A stretch of DNA of 64,000 nucleotides from Bryobacterales bacterium. GTDB lineage: Bacteria > Acidobacteriota > Terriglobia > Bryobacterales > Bryobacteraceae. Position 1 is the first letter of the stretch, and each line of letters begins with the position of its first letter. Positions 8,194 to 15,628 of the stretch are shown here, piece by piece. The notes under the pieces were generated by a model, which did no database searches, was not told the origin of the DNA, and worked only from the letters and a program-made list of their open reading frames with translations. A program made the translations under genes and the position numbers. The DNA is taken from contig CAWCDJ010000007.1 of the NCBI GenBank assembly GCA_963794265.1, forward strand, positions 478,846 to 542,845. The letters are read 5' to 3'.

Positions 8194-9815
8194 AACTGCG
8201 ATCTTGCCTCTATTTTTTGCCCTTGCTGGCTGCCGGCACGCTGATCGCGCAAAGCAACGGCCCCATTCGCTTCGAAGATGCTACACCCCAGTCGGGCACG
8301 GCATTCATTCATTCGTTTGGAGCGGAACAATTGGGTTCGCTGATCGAAAGCACGGGCGCGGGGTGCGTCTGGTTCGACTACAACAACGATGGCAGGCCGG
8401 ATCTGTTTGTGGTGAGCGGCCGCCCGCTGGGGAAGGGCATGCATCCGTATCCGCTGCGCCACCCGCCGGCGGTGATGCCGCACAACCACCTTTACCGCAA
8501 TGACGGCGCCGGCAAATTCACCGATGTGACGGACCAGGCCGGAGTAAGCGGCGACGGCTTCGGCTTCGCCGCGATCGCCGCGGATTTCGATAACGACGGC
8601 CATACCGACCTGCTGGTGACCAACTACGGCCATGTCACGCTGTACCGGAATCGCGGAGACGGGACATTCGAGGATGTGACCGCCAAGGCGGGCCTGGACG
8701 TGAAGGGGTGGGCCATTGGCGCCGCATGGCTCGACTACGACCGGGACGGTTGCGTCGATCTCTTCATCGGCCGCTATGTGAAGTTCGATCCTTCGTACCG
8801 ATCCTACTATGCCGCCGACAATTACCCGGGGCCGCTCGATTACGAAGCCGACAGCAACCTGCTGTTCCACAATACGTGCCACGGCGGATTCGTGGACGTC
8901 AGCGAGAAATCGGGCATCTCGAAACACAAAGGCCGCGCTATGGGCGTGACGGCCGCCGATTTCGACGGCGACGGCTACCCCGATATCTACGTGGCCAATG
9001 ACAAGACCGAAAACTTCCTCTTTCACAACCGGCGCGACGGGACGTTCGAAGAGATCGCGCTAGACGCGGGCGCGGCGTTTGGACAGGACGGGGAATCGAC
9101 CTCCGCGATGGGGCCGGTATTCTTCGATATTAATAATGACGGGCATGCCGATCTTTGGGTGAGCGATTCCAAGTACAACCGGCTGCTTCGGAACTCCGGC
9201 AAGCTGCCGTTCACGGACGTGACTCTCGAAGCCGGCATCTCCCAGCGGACGGCGCAATACACCAGTTGGGGCTCGGGAGCCTTTGACTTCGATAACGACG
9301 GGCTGAAGGACATCCTGATCTTCCATGGCGGTCTGATCCACCTGATTCCCGAAGAAGATTCGGTGTTCCGAAATCTGGGCGGCGGCAAATTCCAGGACGT
9401 CTCGGCACAGGCCGGCCCGTTCTTCGCCACCAAGAGCGTGGGCCGCGGCGCCTGCTTCGCGGATTACGACGGCGACGGCAAGGTGGACGCCTACCTGGTG
9501 AACCTGGGCGCGCCTGGAGTGCTGCTCAGGAACACTTCTCCTTCCACCGGGCACTGGCTTTTCATCAAGCTGGTGGGAACCCGGAGCAACCGCGATGGAA
9601 TCGGCGCCAAGGTGGAAGTGGACGCCGGCGAATTGAAGCAATTCTCGCAACGCGTGGCCGGGTCCGGATACCTGAGCCAGAACGACGGCCGGCTGCACTT
9701 CGGCCTCGGGCCACACAACAAAGTGGACCGCATCACCGTCACGTGGCCGAGCGGAGTCCGCCAGGTAGTGGAGGCGGTGAACGCCGACCAGGTGATCACG
9801 ATCACGGAGAAGTGA
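8190..9815 (+). CDS. CRTAC1 family protein (FG-GAP/VCBS repeats + ASPIC/UnbV domain), paralogue 1
   Basis: Signal MKLRSCLYFLPLLAAGTLIAQ. Repeated FG-GAP units (FDYNNDGRPDLFV, DFDNDGHTDLLV, DYDRDGCVDLFI, DFDGDGYPDIYV). C-terminal UnbV/ASPIC block NHWLFIKLVGTRSNRDGIGAKVEV...GSGYLSQNDGRLHFGLG. Confidence 0.9.
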   Translation: MKLRSCLYFLPLLAAGTLIAQSNGPIRFEDATPQSGTAFIHSFGAEQLGSLIESTGAGCVWFDYNNDGRPDLFVVSGRPLGKGMHPYPLRHPPAVMPHNHLYRNDGAGKFTDVTDQAGVSGDGFGFAAIAADFDNDGHTDLLVTNYGHVTLYRNRGDGTFEDVTAKAGLDVKGWAIGAAWLDYDRDGCVDLFIGRYVKFDPSYRSYYAADNYPGPLDYEADSNLLFHNTCHGGFVDVSEKSGISKHKGRAMGVTAADFDGDGYPDIYVANDKTENFLFHNRRDGTFEEIALDAGAAFGQDGESTSAMGPVFFDINNDGHADLWVSDSKYNRLLRNSGKLPFTDVTLEAGISQRTAQYTSWGSGAFDFDNDGLKDILIFHGGLIHLIPEEDSVFRNLGGGKFQDVSAQAGPFFATKSVGRGACFADYDGDGKVDAYLVNLGAPGVLLRNTSPSTGHWLFIKLVGTRSNRDGIGAKVEVDAGELKQFSQRVAGSGYLSQNDGRLHFGLGPHNKVDRITVTWPSGVRQVVEAVNADQVITITEK

Positions 9816-9817
9816 AT

Positions 9818-11638
9818 ATGCGACGGGCGATTTGGGCGCTTCTCATCGTTGTCACGGCCGCCGGGCAAACCCGCTACAAGAGCCCCGACGACCTGGCCCT
9901 GTCGCCCGACGGGAAGCGCCTCTTCGTGGTGTGCAGCGGCAGCGGCGAAGTCCTGGTCGTGGATACGGCCACGCGCGCCGTCGCGGGGCGCGTAACGGTG
10001 GGAAAGGTCCCGCGTGGAATCGCCCTGGCGCCCGGGGGAAAACGCTTCTACGTGACCAATTCGTGGTCCGATACGGTCAGCGAGGTAGACGCGACATCGT
10101 TGCAGGTGCTGCGAACACTGCCCGCTGGTTTCGAACCCACCGGCGTCACGGTGGATGCCGCGCGCAATGTGCTGTACGTGGCGAACCGGCTCTCCGACGA
10201 TATCTCAATGATCGACCTGGCCGCCGGGGCTGATGTGCAGCGTTTTGTGGCGGGCCGTGGCGCCAGCTACGTGGCGGCATCGCCCGATGGAGCGCACATC
10301 TACGTCACCCACATTTATCCGGAGATCGGCAAATTCCGGGCAACTCCGAGATCGGAAATCACGGAATTGGATGCCAGGCGCCAGGTGGTCGCCAACCGTC
10401 TCGCTCTGAATAACGCCGCGGGCGTATTTCACATGGCTTTTTCGCGCGATGGCCGCGTCGGTATCGCCGGCGAGTTGCGGCCCAAGAACCTGGTGCCCCT
10501 GGCGCATGTGGAACACGGAGGGGTGTTCGGGAATTCGCTGGCCGTATTTGGCGAAGGCATAGAGGGTGTGGCGCAGATGCCCCTGGACCAGATCGACACC
10601 TTCTCTTCGCTGCCATTCGGGGTCGCGATTTCACCCGACGAAACGCGGGCTTACGTTTCGGCCAGCGGGTCGAACGAGATCCTGATCCTGGACCTGCCGA
10701 AACTCGTGGCGGCGGCGCGCTCCCCACAAGCGGCCCGGCTGGCCAACGATCTCTCAGCGTCGGCCCGGTATGTGCTGGCGCATGTTCCCGTGGGGCACAA
10801 TCCGCGTGCCATCCAGGTCTCGCCCGACGGGAAACTGCTCTATGTCGCGAACCGGCTCGACGACACTGTTTCCATCGTGGACACGGCGCGCGCGTCGGTC
10901 GTCGCCAATATCCCGCTGGGCGGCCCCGGCACATTGACACCCGAGCGGCGCGGCGAGCGCCTGTTCTACTCGTCGATGTACTCGTTCGGCCACCAGTTCG
11001 GTTGCGCCAACTGCCATCTCGACTCGACTTTCGACGGCCTCTCCTGGGACCTGGAACCCGATGGTTTCGGCATCGACATCGTGGACAATCGCGCGTTGGA
11101 AGAGATCAAGGACACGGCCCCCTACAAGTGGAACGGCTCCAATCCGGACCTCCAAACCGAGTGCGGTCCCCGGACGGAGCGATTCTTCTTCCGCTCGGAG
11201 GGCTTCCGGGGGGCCGATTTGGAAGATCTGGTGAAGTACGTCCAATCGATTCCCCTGCGTCCCAACCGGTACCGGCTGCCTGGAGGAGAAATGACTCCGG
11301 CGCAGGAGCGAGGCCGCGCCATCTTCACGCGCACCGCCAAGCAAGACGGCACGCCCATTCCGGAGATCCTGCAGTGCGCGGTCTGTCATGCCGGGAAGTA
11401 TCACACCAGCAAAGTCTCGATGGACGTGGGCACAGGCAAGCCGTCAGACCGCTCCCCGCTGGTGGACATACCGCAACTGACCAACGTAGTGAACAGCGCG
11501 CCATATCTGCATGACGGCTCGGCGGCGACGCTCGAAGAGATATGGACGGTTTTCAACCCGCACGACCAGCACGGCGTGACGAACGATCTGACCAAAGATG
11601 AGCTTAACGACCTCATCGAGTACCTGAAAACGCTATGA
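9818..11638 (+). CDS. secreted YVTN-type beta-propeller fused to di-haem cytochrome c peroxidase/MauG-like domain
   Basis: ATG 9818 lies 2 nt after the upstream stop. Signal MRRAIWALLIVVTAAG. YVTN-like repeats (SPDGKRLFVVCSGSGEVLVVD, GGKRFYVTNSWSDTVSEVD, NVLYVANRLSDDISMID, SPDGKLLYVANRLDDTVSIVD). The C-terminal CCP-like domain has CANCH (11003-11017), KWNG, CAVCH (11375-11389) and PYLHDGS. Confidence 0.85.
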   Translation: MRRAIWALLIVVTAAGQTRYKSPDDLALSPDGKRLFVVCSGSGEVLVVDTATRAVAGRVTVGKVPRGIALAPGGKRFYVTNSWSDTVSEVDATSLQVLRTLPAGFEPTGVTVDAARNVLYVANRLSDDISMIDLAAGADVQRFVAGRGASYVAASPDGAHIYVTHIYPEIGKFRATPRSEITELDARRQVVANRLALNNAAGVFHMAFSRDGRVGIAGELRPKNLVPLAHVEHGGVFGNSLAVFGEGIEGVAQMPLDQIDTFSSLPFGVAISPDETRAYVSASGSNEILILDLPKLVAAARSPQAARLANDLSASARYVLAHVPVGHNPRAIQVSPDGKLLYVANRLDDTVSIVDTARASVVANIPLGGPGTLTPERRGERLFYSSMYSFGHQFGCANCHLDSTFDGLSWDLEPDGFGIDIVDNRALEEIKDTAPYKWNGSNPDLQTECGPRTERFFFRSEGFRGADLEDLVKYVQSIPLRPNRYRLPGGEMTPAQERGRAIFTRTAKQDGTPIPEILQCAVCHAGKYHTSKVSMDVGTGKPSDRSPLVDIPQLTNVVNSAPYLHDGSAATLEEIWTVFNPHDQHGVTNDLTKDELNDLIEYLKTL

Positions 11639-12759
11639 AGAGTGACGACTTCGAGATGACGGAACGGCGGGCGGCGGGTGGCGGAGGGCGGTCCTCTTTC
11701 CGCGCCGTCATGGTTCTGCTTCTGGCCTGCTGCGCGATGGCCGCGGAAATGCCGCGATTCCGGTGGCAGAATTTCACGGTCGCGAATGGATTGCCGAACA
11801 ACCGTGTCTATTGCGTGGCGGTGGATGGCGACAGGGTCTGGGCCGGCACGGACAACGGGCTGGCGCTCTACGAAAACGGCCGCTGGAAGACCTTCACGGT
11901 GGCGGACGGGCTGGCACATCGGGCGGTGCTCTCGCTGGCTGTCGACAAGCGAACCCACAATCTCTGGATCGGAACCATGGGCGGGCTCAGCCGCTACTCG
12001 GCCGGGCGGATCGACACTTTCACGCAACTGTCCAGCGGCCTGCCCAACGACGTGGTCTATGGAGTCTCCGTGCTGGGCGATTGTGTCTGGGTGGCCACGG
12101 CCGCCGGCGGGGCCCGCTACAACACGCGGACCAAACAATGGAACCTCTACAACGAGCGGAACACCCCGATGTACGAAATCTGGACCTATGGCGTGACCGC
12201 CACACCCGAAAAAGTCTATTACGCGGTGTGGGGCGGGGGAGTGCTCGAGTACGACGTGAAGACGGAGCGGTGGAAAGACTATAACGACCCGGACGGCGAA
12301 AACGAGATCGTGCTGTTCAAAGACCAGGGGTTGATCCACGAGATCACCACCTCCGTAAGTTATGTGAACCATATTCTATGGGCGGCCACGTACTTCGGCG
12401 TTTCCCGGTACGATGGCCGGAATTGGCGAAACTTTCTGGATAAGGACAGCGGCCTTCCGAGCAACTTCCTGAACCAGGTCAAGACCGTGGACGGAACGCG
12501 CACGTGGTTTTCCACCGATAAAGGCCTGGCCTACTACGACGGGAAATGTTGGGCCACGTATCGACCCGCGCTGGATACTCACGCGCCCGAAATGCTGGTG
12601 CGGGATGAAAACGGAGCCGTCACGCGCGTGCCCGTCGAATCCGCGCCGGCGCATCATTATACTTTCGCCGTCGATTTTCAGAACGACGACATTTGGGTGG
12701 CGACCGCCAAGGGCGTGAGCCACGGAATTCATATTTCACCCGGAGAATCCGACCGATGA
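11635..12759 (+). CDS. stand-alone two-component-regulator-propeller (Reg_prop) repeat protein
   Basis: ATG 11635 overlaps the upstream TGA. Repeats present: GLPNNRVYCVAVDGDRVWAGTDNGLALY, GLAHRAVLSLAVD..LWIGTMGGLSRY, GLPNDVVYGVSVLGDCVWVATAAGGARY, GLPSNFLNQVKTVDGTRTWFSTDKGLAYY. No kinase, HTH or receiver domain follows. Confidence 0.8.
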   Translation: MKSDDFEMTERRAAGGGGRSSFRAVMVLLLACCAMAAEMPRFRWQNFTVANGLPNNRVYCVAVDGDRVWAGTDNGLALYENGRWKTFTVADGLAHRAVLSLAVDKRTHNLWIGTMGGLSRYSAGRIDTFTQLSSGLPNDVVYGVSVLGDCVWVATAAGGARYNTRTKQWNLYNERNTPMYEIWTYGVTATPEKVYYAVWGGGVLEYDVKTERWKDYNDPDGENEIVLFKDQGLIHEITTSVSYVNHILWAATYFGVSRYDGRNWRNFLDKDSGLPSNFLNQVKTVDGTRTWFSTDKGLAYYDGKCWATYRPALDTHAPEMLVRDENGAVTRVPVESAPAHHYTFAVDFQNDDIWVATAKGVSHGIHISPGESDR

Positions 12760-13262
12760 ACACCATTGAATTGATCGACCGAATCGCAGGCGCGACTGAA
12801 GTGAAGAAGCGCGCCATCACTGCGCTCTCGGTCCTGAATGAAGCCTACGCCTACCCCAAGCCCAGCTCCTTTTCGCGCGGGCTGCGCATTGACCTGGGGA
12901 GCGTCGCGATCCTGCTGATTTCCGGCACCGCCAGCATCGACGAGAACGGCAACAGCGTTCATATCGGCGACTTTCGCGCTCAGCTTCGGCGCACGTACCT
13001 GAATATCACCGGACTGTTGGCGGCGGAGGGCGCGACGTGGGCAGATGTTGTCCGGACGACGTGCTATTTGCGGGACATCGAACGCGATTACGCGGCTTTC
13101 AACGAAGAGCGTACCACGTTCTTCGCGGAGCAGGGTCTGGAGCCGCTGCCGGCGTCCACCGGCATCCAGGCGATTCTCTGCCGGCCCGAACTGCTGGTGG
13201 AAATCGAGGCGATCGCAATCCTGGTCGCGCCACATCGGGAACAGCCATGCAATGGCAACTGA
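12756..13262 (+). CDS. RidA/YjgF family protein
   Basis: ATG 12756 overlaps the upstream TGA. YjgF-like core (LLISGTASIDENGNSVHIGDFRAQLRRTYLNITGLLAAEGATWADVVRTTCYLRD ... LVEIEAIA). Confidence 0.8.
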   Translation: MNTIELIDRIAGATEVKKRAITALSVLNEAYAYPKPSSFSRGLRIDLGSVAILLISGTASIDENGNSVHIGDFRAQLRRTYLNITGLLAAEGATWADVVRTTCYLRDIERDYAAFNEERTTFFAEQGLEPLPASTGIQAILCRPELLVEIEAIAILVAPHREQPCNGN

Positions 13263-15058
13263 TTGCGGCAGCGCTGGCCGTGCCGGTGTGTCTGAGCGCT
13301 CAGGCGCCGGTGTGTTCCTGCGGGCGCCAACCGCAGGGTGCGCCGGTAAGCCGCACGCTCGAGCCCTATGGCGGCGTTCCGGAAGACCTGCAGCCATTTT
13401 CGAAATTCACCAAGCCCTACTACGAAAACTACACCAGGACGCCGGAATATAACGGCGCGGCCGCCGATGCGACTACCGTTCCGCCATCTGAGGTGAGCGA
13501 AGTCCCGATCGGTTTCCTGGGACCGATTCAGGATAATAAGGACGAGCCGCTGGGGTTGGCCATGCTGCATGGCGCCCAACTCGCGATCGACGAAGCCAAC
13601 GCCCGCGGGGGATATTGCGGAAAGCCGTTCCGGCTGAAAATTCATAATGACGCCGCTACGTGGGGCGCGTCGAGCAATGAACTCGTGAAGATGATCTACG
13701 ACGAGAAGGTGTGGGCCATGCTCGGGTCGATCAGCGGCGATTCCACGCATATCTCGCTGCGGGTCTCGCTGCGGGCGGAACTGCCCATCGTCAACAGCGC
13801 TGCCACCGACCCTACCATTCCCGAAACCGAGATTCCCTGGATACTGACGACGATTCAGGACGACCGCGTGCAGTCCTACACGCTGGCGCGCCGCATCTAT
13901 ACGGATCTGAAACTCAAGCGCGTGGCCCTGCTCCGCGTCAACGAGAGGTACGGCCGCCTCGGCGTGGTGAAGTTTCGGGATGCCTCGCGGCGGCTCGGGC
14001 ACCCCGTGATGATCGAACAGAAGTTCGATCCGGCGGCGACCACGTTCACGCACCAGCTTCGGGTGATCGACGATTCGGGAGTGGACGCAATCGTGCTATG
14101 GTGCGATGCCCCGGCTGCCGGGACCATTCTTAAAGAGATGCGGCAGATGGGAATGAAGCAGCCGGTCTTCGGCAGCGCCCGGGTGGTCGGGGAAGCTCTC
14201 TTTCAAAACGCCGGCAGTGCCGCCGAAGGCTTGGAAGCGGTCTACCCGTTCGATCCCAATCGCGACGATCCCGGATGGCTGGGTTTTCAAAAGCGGTTCG
14301 CGTCGGCCTACCACGCCAGGACCGATGCCTTTTCCGCCCTGGCGTTCGACACCATGAATATCCTGCTCGGAGCGATCTGCCGCGGGGGGCTGAACCGTGG
14401 CGAGATTCGCAATGCGCTCTATGCTTTGCAGACTTATAAGGGGGTCACCGGGGAGATGGTGTTCGACCCCAACGCCAAGAACATCGCCCCGATGTATCTG
14501 GGCAAGGTGCACAATGGCCGGTGGACATACAGGCGCTACAGCATGCAGAAACCGTACGCCACGGTGGGCGCAGCCGGCGTAAAATACAACGGTCCGGCTT
14601 CATCCTGGACCGCCGGTGCGCACCGCAAGATCGGCCTGTTCGGCCCGGGGGCGGCGGCGCTGGCGCCGGCCTTGAGCAGCCCCGGGTACGAGGTGATCGG
14701 CGTCTCCTCGGAAACTGCCTGGGGTAAGGGGTCCGACGAACTGGTGAAAATGATCTACGACCCCGATGTGATCGGTATCGTGGCCACCGATCGGGCTTCC
14801 GCGCATCTCGCTGAGCAAATCGCGGTGAAGGCATTGATCCCGGTCGTGGCCATCTCGGCCGATCGTACGTTGACTTCGGCGAACGTGCCATGGATCTTCC
14901 GCCTGAACAGCGGTACCCCTGCAGCCGATGCCGTACGCTGCTTCAGGGATGCCGATTCCCGGGCCGGCGGGAGCCGCGATTCGATCCGCGAGCGATTGGC
15001 CTCGGGAATGATGGTGGCCGGTCGATTCTCGTTCACATCCAGCGGCGAACTCCGCTAG
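13247..15058 (+). CDS. secreted periplasmic-binding-protein type 1 (LivK/amino-acid-amide type) protein with extra partial C-terminal PBP1 repeat
   Basis: ATG 13247 gives the signal MQWQLIAAALAVPVCLSAQA and overlaps the RidA 3' end by 16 nt. Leu/Ile/Val-binding-like blocks (IGFLGPIQDNKDEPLGLAMLHGAQLAIDEANARGG, LVKMIYDEKVWAMLGSISGDSTH, LPIVNSAATDPTI). A second degenerate copy occurs after aa ~460. Confidence 0.85.
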   Translation: MQWQLIAAALAVPVCLSAQAPVCSCGRQPQGAPVSRTLEPYGGVPEDLQPFSKFTKPYYENYTRTPEYNGAAADATTVPPSEVSEVPIGFLGPIQDNKDEPLGLAMLHGAQLAIDEANARGGYCGKPFRLKIHNDAATWGASSNELVKMIYDEKVWAMLGSISGDSTHISLRVSLRAELPIVNSAATDPTIPETEIPWILTTIQDDRVQSYTLARRIYTDLKLKRVALLRVNERYGRLGVVKFRDASRRLGHPVMIEQKFDPAATTFTHQLRVIDDSGVDAIVLWCDAPAAGTILKEMRQMGMKQPVFGSARVVGEALFQNAGSAAEGLEAVYPFDPNRDDPGWLGFQKRFASAYHARTDAFSALAFDTMNILLGAICRGGLNRGEIRNALYALQTYKGVTGEMVFDPNAKNIAPMYLGKVHNGRWTYRRYSMQKPYATVGAAGVKYNGPASSWTAGAHRKIGLFGPGAAALAPALSSPGYEVIGVSSETAWGKGSDELVKMIYDPDVIGIVATDRASAHLAEQIAVKALIPVVAISADRTLTSANVPWIFRLNSGTPAADAVRCFRDADSRAGGSRDSIRERLASGMMVAGRFSFTSSGELR

Positions 15059-15328
15059 GCTGCAGCGCAACCCTCCGCGACCTCATTTCACCCATGCGGA
15101 AAGCAGGCTTTCCGAGAGATTTCCGGAGGGCCTGCCTGCGGCAGCGTCCGTTTCCGCCTCCGGAGGGGCCGCCTTCGCCCCGGCCTTCGGAAGATAACCC
15201 CAATCCTCTCAACTGACTACGTGTTGCCATGGCCAGCCGGGCCATGCCGCCTTGTAAACCAAAAGCAATCCTACAAATAAAGCGATTCGCTCCTTCAAAA
15301 TCTTCCATTTTGCATATCGTCAAATCAA

Positions 15329-15358
15329 TTGACATACAGATGCAACAGGACTTACAAT
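15329..15358 (+). promoter_or_regulatory. sigma-70-like promoter candidate (TTGACA-18 nt-TACAAT)
   Basis: TTGACA at 15329-15334 and TACAAT at 15353-15358 sit in an AT-richer intergenic stretch, ~270 nt upstream of the TonB-receptor ATG (15629). Confidence 0.5.
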
Positions 15359-15628
15359 CAACCCGATATAGATTGCGGGTCTGAGAATCCTTTTCTCTCG
15401 GAAAAGGACTTGTGTCTGAAGTTCGAGCACGGCAATATTCCGTCGGGCCACCGGAAATAAAACCCTCTGGCTGGTCTCAGGCACGCACTCTGGGTTTAAG
15501 TCGGGCCATTATTGCATTCGGCCGGGAGGCGCAGGTTCGCTTTGGCAGGTTCGCAGTGTCGACTACGGGCCTGGAGTTGGGGGGACAGTTCGGTTGAATG
15601 GTTCCACGTGGAATCAGAAAGGGGTCAT

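Noticed and set aside
15359-15628. Possible cobalamin (or other known) riboswitch in the TonB receptor leader.
   Set aside because: I looked for a B12-box-like core (GCCACTG / AGTCAGGAGACCTGCC-type) and other familiar riboswitch cores and found none. Only a generic hairpin and a palindrome are present, so no riboswitch class is claimed. An Rfam scan is still needed.
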